A stretch of DNA of 64,000 nt from the NCBI RefSeq assembly GCF_036321535.1, contig NC_087445.1, positions 28,644,001-28,708,000 on the forward strand. Direction: 5' to 3'. The stretch is from Camelus dromedarius. Taxonomy: Eukaryota. Below are positions 37,753 to 50,009 of this stretch, in pieces (the first letter of the stretch is position 1; each line of letters begins with the position of its first letter). A model generated the notes under the pieces. It was not told where the DNA came from and did not search any database. It was given only the letters and a program-made list of their open reading frames with translations. The translations under genes and the position numbers were made by a program.

Positions 37753-37912
37753 CAGAACCAACTACATCATTTTGAGGTACAGTTCAAAATGAAAATGTAG
37801 GGCCCTGTGTTCAAAGTTTTGTTTTGTTTTTTAAATTGTGGAAACAGTAGAGCATTAACCCAAGTTTGGAGCCTTGTGTGACTGCATGTGCAAACACATG
37901 TGGCAAACCCTA
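37753..37912 (-). mobile_element. MER45A-like hAT-Tip100 element
   Basis: cagaaccaactacat...caaaatgaaaatgtagggccctgtgttcaaa...cagtagagcattaacccaag...tgtgtgactgca. Confidence 0.8.
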
Positions 37913-37919
37913 AATAAAC

Positions 37920-38510
37920 CAACTCATGGAAAAGATTTAGCCTCACTAGTAGTCAAAGAAATGCAAATTATCAAAGCATTGCTGTATGTTTGCAAAGGAA
38001 TTTTAGCATTAAGTTAGCATTGGATTTCATTTTAACACTAAATTTCCAGCATGCTCAAATGGCAGCCCTAGTTGCCATCCATCCATGCATACTTCTGGCC
38101 TTAGAAGTAGCAGTGCATAGTAAGAGGCAGAAAATACTCATATCTTTCCACTTGGTACTTGTAGTCCTAGGAGTTTAACTTACAGAAATAATTCAATAGA
38201 AACCGAAAGATTCATGAACACAAATATTTAGCATAAGGATTGCTATAATGGCAATAATTATAATCAATCTAAATGTACTCAACTAGAATAATAATTTATG
38301 ATTTATCAACAGCTTTGGGGATATAAACCAGCTTTTAAATAGTTAGCGTTGCAGTATGTTGAAGCTTTGGAAATGTTTACGATATGTGTAAAAATAGTAT
38401 CATGCAAACCAATATGGACATAGTGCTCTGTTTAATAGTGATATAATGTAAAATATACATTAAAATATGGAAAATAATATACAGAAGATAAAAGCTTATG
38501 TTAGAGGATG
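37920..38510 (+). mobile_element. Old L1M ORF2 3' and 3' UTR remnant
   Basis: tggaaaagatttagcctcactagtagtcaaagaaatgcaaatt; gtcctaggagtttaacttacagaaataatt. Confidence 0.65.
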
Positions 38511-38569
38511 GAAATGTTACTACATTGTCCTCAAAATATTTTTTTCAAGCCAGGCAATACACATGGAAT

Positions 38570-38720
38570 TCAGAAGGATCTTCTCTAGACATCCTACTAG
38601 GTTGTTATCTAATCTGTGTCTGAATGCCTCTAAGGAGGATGACTCAAGTACCTCTCTGAGCAATTATTCTATTAACTCCCCTTGTAGAATTTTTTATGAT
38701 GTTTAGTCTTAATTTCTTCT
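38570..38720. mobile_element. Possible ancient L3/CR1-like fragment
   Basis: ctaatctgtgtctgaatgcctctaaggaggatgactcaagtacctctctgagcaattattcta; weak resemblance only. Confidence 0.25.
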
Positions 38721-41700
38721 TTTTAGCTTTAGACTGTTATTCTTCATTTCAGCCTTTTATTACCATTTTAAAATATTTTAATAGTCCTTGCAAATTCCTC
38801 ATAATTGGTTTATCCCTAAATGAGGAATTTCCCTGAAGTCAGTTCATGTACATAACTGCCCCGTGGATGCAGTGCAGAAAGTCTCGTTTCTGCAATGCTG
38901 TTAACAAGGAGACACCTCTGTCCTTGGATCATAACCTCAGGACTTTTTATGTTAACAGGACATCATGGAAGGTCTTGAGGAAGGTTTGGTTTTGCTTTTT
39001 CTTGGGGCGATGGAGTTCTTAGAGATTCTCTCCTGACTGTTAATCTTTTTTGCTTCAGTTTCTTTATTTATAAAATTAAGTTCTGCGTCAAAGCCACTCC
39101 AATTTGTGGCTAATTAAAGACTTCAATCTAGTTTTACTGACATCCAGAACTTGCCTATGATATTTAATAAAAGAACTCACTGAGTACTACCCGTATTTGT
39201 TTATAAATTATATGGAAAAAAATTTTGCACTGCAGTGTTGTCCACTATTGGGTTGAATTTCTGTATCACCACTGTAGCTTTATTTTTGTTTCCCCAATTT
39301 AGTTCTTTCATAACTCTAGCTTTTTCACATGATTCTCCAGTACCATGTAATCAGCCTGAAAGAGACCGTGACCAAAAGCTGTCACCAGAAACTCTCCTCT
39401 CTACATGCTGGGATGAGTTGAGACTTAGTGTTGATAGACTCTTACCAGAGCGTACTCTCAGAGATAATGGGCAATTTCCTCCGCTTCCAGCAGCAGCTTA
39501 TTTATACAGTTCCACAGGGTTGCAGGCTTTACTATAGGAACAAATCACAGCACTTACTGTGAGTTTCCCTTCAATCAAAACAAAACAAACAGAAGAGGGG
39601 ACATAAAAAATGTGCACTATTTCATCACGCACTGGTTTTCTCCATCTAAAAAATATTTTTAAAAAATTCCACCATTGTTTAATTGTTATTCTATCAGAAA
39701 GATAATATCCTCCTCAGCAAGGTAGGTGAAGAAAACCACTGGTTTTTAATTGCTTCAGTTTGCAAAATGCTTGTTTTTCTTATGTTTATGTAAGGATAGT
39801 ATAAGCTAAGTCCTCATGGATCATCTTTATGGTGTCTTGCCTGCCAGATTTTAGAATTCTCAGCTTTCTCCGCCCTCTTATTTTTAGCTTAGGTTACTAC
39901 CAATTAGAAGTTTGAAGTCAAGTATTTCAGGAAGTTGAATGTAACTGTTTACTTAGTAAGCTTTGTTGTTGTTGCGACCAGTTAACTCTCTCTCTTTGCT
40001 GAGACCCCATATTGTTGTGGATTCACCAGGCAGGGTTAGAAAGGGGCGGTAGACAGTATTAGTAGGAAACTCTTTAAAAAAGAAGTTTAATAATGACAAG
40101 AAAGCATAACTTGTTCAACTCCAGTGATAAACACCAAATGGGCTTATTGCTCAAGGTAACAACTGATAGATGGACTATGCCACGGGAACCCAGGAAAAGG
40201 AGCACTTTGTGCATTCCTGTGGGCACTCTGTGGCAGCTTGGTGCTTTTATGAGAGAGCATGGTGCTTTTGTGTGTTAGCCTGTGGAAATGATTCCACTTT
40301 GAAATGCTTCAAGAGTGTTTAAGTGTAATGGGCTTTGTACTGCTTGCCTGGTCTGTACCCTGAGTAGAGCATACTCAGACCATTCAGTTTGAACTCCATT
40401 TTATCTGGCTCTTTATCCATTAATTTTCTCCTGACCTTGGGCATAAAATATATGTGCTTTTTATGCTGTGGTGCTTTGTGCAGACAAAGAGGAATAGCAT
40501 AACCTATCCATCACCATTATGAATGATGGAGCTTAAAACAAACACAGGTCAGAGACAGATATTTTAAGAGCAGATCTGTATTGATTCCATCACAACATTG
40601 AGCTAAAAGGAAAAGAACTCTGAGACTAATAAATGATGAAGCAAGTTTTGACAAATAGCCACAGCCACGCAAGTCCCACGCAAGTCGACTTAAGAGTGTG
40701 CCCCACGGGCAGTCATTGATAAGAAAACAGAATTTGTTATTATTATTAAAATCCACCTCCCTTACTTGTATTTATTACCATACTTTACATAGCACATTTG
40801 AATGTGAATGTTTCCTCTTCCTTAGTGTCTCTGACTCTTGAAAGCTTTTTTGGGTAAAAGAAGCATAAAAGCTTCGTAAACTCCTTAATCTTTATTAAGT
40901 TGTTGCTTTTGAAATAATCAAACTACCCTTTAACAGTAGGTGGTGGCTTATTTGTTTTGCAATTTGGTTTTGAGCACATCTGTTGAAGTTTTTGCAAGTG
41001 TCCGTGTTGTGATAAAATAGCATATTATTGAAGCATAATAAATTACAATTATTTTTTATCACCGTTACTGTTCATAATCTCAATTCACATACAAAGAGCC
41101 CCACTATTTCATATAATAGTCACATATATTATCAAGTTAAGTAGTCTTAATCCACTTTCCCAGTCACTGAGACTCGAATGGACTAGAGTTCTACCGTAAG
41201 AACAGTCACCCTTGTTCTTAGAAAAGACCATGCAACTGAGGAAAATGTCCATTCATGTTGCTGCAGTTGTGCTCAGCAACTTCACCAGGCAAAGTGTTTT
41301 TCTCCCTAACAATTAACTGAATTACATACCCAGATGTTGTTATATCAGAAATGGCAGTAGATAAGTAGAGATTAGATGCTGAAAGGAAAAACATACTGGG
41401 TATCACATGTCCCTCTGACAATTCTGTAAGGATAAAGGAAGAAATCTATTTTTTGGAGAAGTGGAAAAGTCCCAAATGTAAAGTTTATTTTCCTGACACT
41501 GAAATATCACCTTATAGAATATTTTAAACAAGTGATTGTTGTTTAAAAACTAACAATGTATTTTAAAGCTCTTCACCTAATATTCCTACCTATTCCTGTT
41601 AGAATTACAGTGGAGAAAATGTGCATATCAAATTTTGTTCATTTGTATGTACACTGTGATTTAAAGTACACGATAATATTTTTATCCAGTAGTAGGTGCT

Positions 41701-41830
41701 TATGAACGCCTACTTGAATTATGTACTGAACCTCTGGACTCAGTGGTTGTTTTAGGGATCCCACACTGTCTCTCCTATTTTAGTTGTTGGTTCTAAGCAG
41801 TAAATTGACTTCTGGGCTTTTCTAGATTCA

Positions 41831-41916
41831 TTTTATTTTATTTTACTTTATTTATTTCTTAATTTGTAGTCAGTTACAGTGTATCAATTTCTGGTGTACA
41901 GCATATGAAAACGTAC

Positions 41917-41961
<45 letters not shown>

Positions 41962-41983
41962 TGACTGAGACATTATGCTGTAC
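41831..41983 (-). mobile_element. Very short young L1 3' end (camelid-like) with 5' inversion; contains (GT)6(AT)15
   Basis: T-rich tail 41831-41860, then gtagtcagttacagtgtatcaatttctggtgtacagcata (antisense), then sense atatgaaaacg...atgactgagacattatgctgtac. Confidence 0.8.
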
Positions 41984-42194
41984 TCCTTCTAATAACTTGT
42001 AGTTATGATCAGTGTTGAAAACTGAAAAACACTGGATTGTTAAGTCAGAACATTTTCTTCCAATATGGAGTCTGCTGTTAGCCACAGAGGAGTCATTCTC
42101 TCTGGTTTGTTTCCTCATGATAAAACAGAGTTGAACCATAGCACTTCCTCCCTCATTCCTTGTTCCTCTTCTCTCTCCCTTCCTTCCTTTCCCT

Positions 42195-42310
42195 TCCATA
42201 TAAAATAACTACCACCCTGGGTTTTCTGAGAATTAAGTAATGATGTGTGAAAAGGGCCTAGTACAGTACTTGCAGTATAATGTCTGCCCAGTAAGTGGTG
42301 GTCACTGTTT
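42195..42310 (+). mobile_element. MIR 3' half
   Basis: gggttttctgagaattaagtaatgatgtgtgaaaagggcctagtacagtacttgc. Confidence 0.6.
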
Positions 42311-42334
42311 CTTCTTTCTTTCTTCCTCATCGTT

Positions 42335-42470
42335 TAACTATGTTCCAGTCAACATTCTCAAGCTGGAGGGGCTATTATGTGCAAAGCACAGGTTCAAGGG
42401 CCCTGTGAATCACTTGCTGAACTTGTCCTGAAGGTGTTCATATTCTCTTAGAGGGAAGAAAAACCACACT
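42335..42470 (-). mobile_element. L2 3' end fragment
   Basis: ctattatgtgcaaagcacagg...cttgtcctgaaggtgttcatattctcttagaggg. Confidence 0.45.
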
Positions 42471-43900
42471 TGTTATATACAGATTAACTCTTTAAGGTAA
42501 ATTTTCTTATAATATTAATTGGACAGTATCATGGCCACCAAAGTTAATAATCTTAAATTATTTTATTACTGGTTAATTAAATTTTGTTCATCAACTTACA
42601 TTTTGTCCAAATATAATGAAGATTAAAAAAAATTTGCCAATATATTAAAATAAAATATTCACTAGGCCAAGTCACGGGATCTCACAAAAGCGAGCTGTCT
42701 GTAACTGTTGTTGAAATATAAGTAAGAGTCTATAGGACACGACATAGTCCAAGCACCACAATCCAATAGGAATTTAGGATACTGAGAAAATAGGAAGTGA
42801 GTTATTTGTTCTGAGGCAAGTTTAAAATCCTCAATCCAAGACACACAGGAAGGGATTCCAGATCCCTGGGTGGAGGCACATGCACCCTCCGTTCTGGTCC
42901 TTTTGTTTCCCTGGGGTTAACACCCAACACTGTGTGGTAAGAGCTCCCCTCCCCTCTCCCATGGGGCTTCAGCATCATAACAAAGCTTCTCTGCTCCCAG
43001 CGGGGTTTCTTTCAGAAATAACTGTGTGCAAACACAGGGACCATATTCCATTGCAGAGCAACTTGAGAAGGCCGTCTTATTCAAGTATGGCTCTGTAATT
43101 TGTCAGGAGTATGACAGAAGCAAAAAGCGAAAGAACAAGATGAGAATAAGGTTACTGTCTCTGTTACCTTCAGTTGTACATGCGAGTGCTCAGCCCTTGG
43201 GGTTTGTGTATAATGTTGTAAATGTGCACTGTGGTCCAGTATCCAAAGTTAGACTATATACGCATTTCTAAAAAATACTCTAAAAATGCATTTTATCATA
43301 TTTTATGTATTTTTAATTACATTTGCAAATTATTCCATTAAAGACAGTGATTCTCTCTAGAGAAGGCCTGATTCTTTTCATCTTTACCTTAAATTTTGAA
43401 CTATATTAACATAACTTTTTATTATTGTTATCTGTGCTTTGATTTCACTGGTTTTGCTTATTTTTATTAAATAAAGGGAAAACATAATAAAAGACTCAAA
43501 TGATTGCGCATGGAGTGCTGTAGAAAGAAGAGCTGGCCTGCAGGAAGTGTTGCATTTGGTGTTTATTCTTAGACGTAAGGAAGTCCTTTGAGGTGCAGCA
43601 AAAGCGTGTGTATAAAAGTTGATACTTAAAAAGGGAGAAGCTACCTGTAGTACAGACCAGTGGCTGGCAAAGCAAGTCAGCTATAGAAGCCTGATATGTA
43701 AAATATGCAGAAATAAGACTCCTTATTCTGTAGCTCCACAAAGCCACTTCTTGAAAACCTTTGCTTTGTGCTATTTTTCTTGTTCTCAAGCAACATAAGG
43801 TCTATAAGGTCTAAGCACATGTACGAAACACTCATAACTAATTATGAGGGGTAAATGCTTTCTTCCTGAGCCTTTATTAAACGTATTTTATCCTTTTATA

Positions 43901-44228
43901 CAGTTGATCCTTGAACAGTGTAGGAGTTGGGGAACCGACCCTTTGTGCAGTCACAAATTCCCTTATAGCTTTTGAACCCCCCAAAACTTAACTGTTAAAA
44001 GCCTACTATTGTACCTTTGGATAACATAAACAGTCGATCAACATATTTTGTTGTTTTATACTTATTNNNNNNNNNNNNNNNNNNNNNNNNNNNNNNNNNN
44101 NNNNNNNNNNNNNNNNNNNNNNNNNNNNNNNNNNNNNNNNNNNNNNNNNNNNNNNNNNNNNNNNNNNNNNNNNNNNNNNNNNNNNNNNNNNNNNNCCATT
44201 GAAACCTGTGTTGTTCAAAGGTCCGTTG
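43901..44228 (+). mobile_element. Tigger1-derived MITE with both TIRs, spanning the assembly gap
   Basis: TA then cagttgatccttgaaca; ccccaaaacttaactgttaaaagcctact; gataacataaacagtcgat; after the gap gtgttgttcaaaggtccgttg (right TIR). Confidence 0.85.
44067..44195. other. Assembly gap (129 N)
   Basis: Run of N, directly visible. Confidence 0.99.
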
Positions 44229-46754
44229 CACTTGTTTCTGGGTTGAGTTTTACAAAAGCCTTCTGCTTATTTAAAGCAGGCTCTTTAGGTTCAGACAGTA
44301 TTCACTATCAGTGGGAAATTAAAAACTAACAGCTTTGAAAGATGAGACTACTTTTTTGTAATCATATAAACAGATACTGACATCTACAAATTAATGCAAG
44401 AGGCATGATGTGGAGACAAGAAAACCAGGTGTGATGTGTGTTAGGCATTGAAAGCAAGACTCTTACTGTTTTTAATCACTAGTTTAACAATGGCATGTAA
44501 CATTGATTATGAAAACTCATCTGCTTGGGATAGCCCTTCTTTTGTTTTTGAAATTGATCCATCTCATGATATAAGCAGGAAGAAAATTTGTAATTTGGGC
44601 AGAGAAGAGAAGAGAGGCTAAAATTAAGAAAGAAAAAAAGTGTTAAGTGCTTAGTTATTTTTTTTTCTTTTTCTCCCTGAAAAGCATGTTTGATGCAATC
44701 TTAAGTAAGAAAGAAAGATCTGCCCTGTATCTGGAAGTTTCCCAAATCTGGAAATCAGATATATGTAAAAAGTTTGAATACTCATTTTATCAGTTTTCAT
44801 CTTGAATTATAATTCAAGTAGGAATTTTACAATGTTTCTCATTAATAGCATTTGATGTTTTTTGTTTTGTTTTGTTTTACAAACTAATATCATCCTTAAG
44901 TAAAAATAATAAACTTTCTTTGATAGAAGAGATTCATAAGATCTTTTCAGTGAATTTTTTTATGCATTGAAAGCTTTGGGATCTCTCTTATTAATGTTAC
45001 GTGACTGCCCAGTTTTAATCGAAAAGAACGAACCAGCCAAGTTGCAAGGTGTGATTCTTCTTAATTTTTATTCTTTGAAAATAAATTGCTGTCACGTGAA
45101 GGAGATCGTAGACACACCAATAGTTGTAGTTAAGGGATATGTGTGATGATTAGAGGCCTTAACTTCTTGTAAAAACTGGGAAAAAAAATTATCTCCGAGA
45201 TGTTCCTTAAAGAGAAAGAGAGCTTTTCAAAATGAGTGGTTAGTAAAGGTCTTTTGTTTACCTGCCTGTGGAGAGGATTATAGGCATTTTCATTTACCAT
45301 TAATTTCTACAGGTCCATCATTTTAAATAGGTTGGAGTGTTACTGACCACCTGATAGGATTTGGGGAATGTTGGGTAGAGTGGGCTTTCTTCTGCTAAGC
45401 ATTGGTCATTCTACTTTTACAGCTTTTTCTTCTGGAAGTTTTGTGGCTCACTAACTCTTGGGATGGGAGAAAATACCACGTCCTTCTTAGAGAATACTTG
45501 AAGAAAGTTTCACTTAAGTGGGTTAAAATGAGCTGTCTAGATTGAAGAGAAGTGCTTTGGCCTGGGAAAGGATGCCTCTGGAATTAGGAGGGGAAGTTTT
45601 TGGTAGAAAAGGTAAAGTGTTGCCAACAAATATCATTAATTTGTCTAGGGTCAGATAGGGTTCTGAATTAAAGCTTGGGAATCATATTTCTATGTAATAA
45701 AATGTGGCCAGAGTATATACTACTGTACCTGAAGTTTTAGATCTGTGCTAATGACATGCAAAAGCTCACCAAGAGGCAGATATTACCATATTTACTTTAT
45801 AAAGTATCTAGAATTGGGAAGATTAACTTTAATAGAAGCTTCCTGAAATATTAGCATTTCTTCTGAATTCTGTGCAAAATAGAGCCCCTTACATTCCTCT
45901 AGGAAAAAAAAATACTAGAGGAAAATTCACGTATATAGTAGAAGCTTTCATTTGGCTTTTGATTCAAAAGTCATTTGAATTAGTGATTATTTTTATCTGG
46001 GCAAAAATAACCTAGCATGTCTAATAGCAGTATAGAAAAATGAAGTCTACCTAAGACATGTAGTTCTGACCTTTCTCTCCCTGTATTCAAGCTGAGAATC
46101 ATTCTGCTGTGTTCTCTTACTTGTGTTTTACCAAAGGTTAATAATCAACCTTTCAAAAACCACTTGGTTCAGAATCCGTTTATCCCAGATGTCTCTAGAA
46201 GCCTAATTACCACTTTATTCATAGGTGATTTAGGAGTGCTAGGAATGAAAGGTTCCAGAGAGATGAAGGTTAAGTCTTTGCTATTGACATTGCCTTGAAG
46301 TCACTGTTAGCAGGAAGGAGGGAGGGGAGGAGGAATCTCCCATCTTATTCGTGAAATTACTGGTCCTAGTTGAATACCTTTGAGGTTTTCAGACCCAAAT
46401 GCTAACTCCTCAAATGATATTATTTGTAATTTAGCACCTTCACAATGTATAGAACACTTGTATGTAAAAGATTTTGCTGATTAAAACAAAAGCCTGTTGG
46501 ATTTTAAAATTATTATTAATGATTCATTTACAGTATTTTGAAAATAACATGCTCCTATTTCTTTTAATGGATTTCCTATAACTGTCAGGCCCTCTGCATC
46601 CTAGGAGAATTCATTTTAAAAGTTGGCAGCAGCAGGTTTTGTTAAATTTTCATGAAACAGTGGTCTCATTTCTGAATATCTAGTCACAGTGATGACTGCT
46701 TAATAGCTTAGTCTTCAGATATGATTAATCGTTCATTTATTCATTCAAAAATGT

Positions 46755-46905
46755 CATAGTATGCTAGAATCCAGAGACTCATGCCTAGATCTTGATTCCA
46801 TGAATAAATGTATGTAACTTAGCTTGATCTTCATATCTCGCTAGAAAAAGAGGGAAGTTGGATTAAAAATACCTAGAATTACTTCTAGTCTGAAAGTTGT
46901 ATGAT
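46755..46905 (+). mobile_element. MIR3-like fragment
   Basis: gaatccagagactcatgcctagatcttg...gaagttggattaaaaatacctagaattacttctagtctgaaagttgtatgattc. Confidence 0.5.
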
Positions 46906-47390
46906 TCATTTATTCATTGATGAGATATTTTGAATTCCTACTGTGTACAGACATCTTGAATTAGGAATTTCTTGACTTCATAGAGCTTATAACCCAATAC
47001 AGAAGGTAGATAAATACAAATAAATACATGTATTCATAAAATGTTGAGCAATCACTGCAATGATGATACCTGGCAAAGTGCTAGAAATATTATGATGACT
47101 GAGCTACTGTCCCTTTCTTCAAGGAACTCAGTTCACTGGGAGACATTGTTTTCCCAGATAATTGTAACATCCTTTGTAAAGAAGGAAATGGGCTCGCGGT
47201 ATTATGGAAGCATGTGGGTCGGTACCTCATTTAGCTGGGATTGCAGATGAGGAAGAAGTCAGGGAAGATATTTTTGAAGACAGCTAGCTGGGTCTAGAAT
47301 ATTTGTGTGAGGGGAAGGGGCAGGATCGTGGGCTAGTAATATAAGGCAGAAGGAATGGAGTAAAAAGTAAGAAGAGCAGCATCGAAGTCA
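46906..47390 (-). mobile_element. L2 remnants (apparently two 3' ends)
   Basis: atttattcattgatgagatattttgaattcctactgtgtacagaca; ctggcaaagtgctagaaat...cttcaaggaactcagttcactgggagaca. Confidence 0.65.
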
Positions 47391-50009
47391 AACAAATTCA
47401 TCGTGAAACACAGTGGCCTTGTTTTGTTATTTTTTTCCTACTGGTTGTTTTTGTTTTTGTTTTTTGGTTGTTTTGTTTTGTTTTTTTTAATGGAATCAAT
47501 GTGAAACACTCTTGGAAAACTACTCCTAAAATATTGTATCATTCAGAAAATGGAGAGATTACTTACAGCTAGGATAAACAGGAAAGACTGACTGAAGAAG
47601 GCAGTATATGAAAGAGGGGGCTGTATAGAGTTTATATGAGCAGAGACACAGGAAACATACTTTAAGAGAGAGTGTTCTAGGTGATGAGAAGACCCCAAGG
47701 CAAGAATGACATTTTTACCAGGAACAGCACCCAAAACTGAGATGACTAGAGCCGTCTGCCCGAGGCAGCGCTGATGCTGACGCTGGAGACTTTTAGCACC
47801 ACAGCCTTAACATTTGGCCATTTGTGTCCCTTCTTTGGAATTTTCAACAGAAAGGGCCTGGACTATGTTTCATAGTCATTTTTCCTGTTAAAATTGTATA
47901 GTTTCTAGGCAGTTCATAGTGCATATGAGTTGTTGGGTTTTTTTTGTTTTTTGTTTTTTGTTTTTTGTATGCCTCTTTCACTTTGTAAAAATGTGCTGAA
48001 CACTTAACCATGTTTTAGGATCTGTGCTGGACAGACTCTGCCCCCAGGAAGCTTCAGTTAGTGAGAGTTACTTATGGTCTACTCGGATCTGTTCTTTCAA
48101 ATCTTGTCTTAACTCATTTCACCTTTGGGATCTCCATCTGTCCTTCATTGAGCTGTTTTGCAGTGGGGACATTGTCAAAATAGTAGTGTCTGATTATCAG
48201 CTTTCAATTTGCCGTTATTCTTACAGTCGAATGGCAAGATAAGGAATGTGACTCCCAGACTTGCCAGGATTGGTTGTTTGTTTAAGGAACATGATTGAAA
48301 AAAATAAGGGAGGCTTAGCTATTCCTACAGATTCCTAAACAGTGATTCCTTGGCTGGCTTCCTTCTTGAAGCAGAAATACACCAAAACCATAGAGCAAGC
48401 AGTTCTCCCAAATATACCTTTTGTCATATGTTTGTGACAGTAGTTTTAAAAACTGCCCCAGCCCCAGAGAGTATATTGGTCTGTAAATGAAACTTGCTAT
48501 ATATACTTTCTACATTCAGTGTATTTCTTTTCAGAGAAGATATTTTCAATTCCTATCCCACTGGTGATTTTATTCTATATCCACCTTTCCTGGGAACCCT
48601 GGTTTATAACCTTCACATACATGATCTATAATCGTTCAGAACTAGTGCTAAAGAAACTGGAATCTCATAAAGTTTGTCTTGTAATTTTCTTTCTGTACAC
48701 AAACAATACTTGAACTGAGACTTTCTATTTCTATAATATGCTGTGGTTTCAGGAGGTATATTAATACTATTAACGGCAAAACTGTGATGATTAATCTACC
48801 CCAATACTTTATGATATGCACTTTAGAAACCGTAAGGTCAGTTGCTCCTAAAGTTGAAATATTTTAAGGTGGGTTTTACTGTTTAAAATTAAAATGGAAG
48901 AAACTAAACATTCTGCATTTTCTTTTCTCCTTACTTTTGATAGCTAAACAGTTTAATGTACTTCTGTGTGTAGAATGTTTATTAGGTTAAGCATTATCTT
49001 CCCAGTGTATTTAGGTAAAAAAAAAAACTGTTTGTATTTTCTCGACGGTGGCAATATAGATAAAAAACAAAGTGTCAGGGAGATAAAAATGTGAGAGGAA
49101 AGTGCTTCCTGGAACACTTCTCATGCTTAGGAATTACATTCCAAATTCAAGTCTAATGCAATGTGTAGCGTTTAATATTTGATGAGAAAATAAATCTCAT
49201 CCTTTTTATGGGTAGTGAATTAATAGCTTATTACTTAAGCAACCAAATGTGGTTCTCATACAAAAACAGTGCTATAGGAAATTATTATTCTAGGACATAG
49301 TCACATGTTAAAATAGCAGTAAGGTGATCACAAAAAAAGCCTATAACCTCAGGGCGAGTTTCTATGTGTGAGGAGCTGTCGCATCTGGCAGTGGGAGCTC
49401 TCGAGTCCTCCAGCCCCACCCCTTCCCTGACCTCTCCCAAGTTTACATCACCATGGTTTGTTGAGCTCCAAGCCACTGTGGTTAGCTCAAAACTCCACTG
49501 ATGGGGAGCAGACCTCACCGCCACATTCTGTTTCCCCCTTATGTTGACTTCTTATTTTTTGTCTTTGCAGCTACTTTCGTAACTACCTTCACTTGAGGGC
49601 ATTTTGCAGTGAAGAATCTATTGTACTTTTACAGACAAATTTTGTCAAAGGTTTTCATAACCCGTAGATAAATTGCACTCATCTTGTGATTTTCTTGAAC
49701 CTTACCGCTTCCAGTATACCTTGAGTATGGGGAACGTAAATGTGATTAATTGGATAGTAGATATTTATATTGCTTAGATTGGTCAGATCTGTTTTTAAAC
49801 ACTTCTTCAGGTTCTTCCTTCATGAAGCAAACATGCAAACCAACGAACTGCACTTAACCACACAATTAGGTGAACAAAACTTTCCAAAGTTTCTTGCTTT
49901 GTTGAAAACAGTGTGGCATGACTCAATTGTGCATGTTAACTCCTAAGAAGAATCTGTTGAGACATGTTATATGTTTGTGTGAATATGTACACATATATAA
50001 TATGTGTAT

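Noticed and set aside
43995-44329. Four ORFs containing X
   Set aside because: Artefacts of translating through the N gap.
49571-49670. Acceptor ttttttgtctttgcag followed by YFRNYLHLRAFCSEES...
   Set aside because: No donor before the stop and no recognisable terminal-exon homology.
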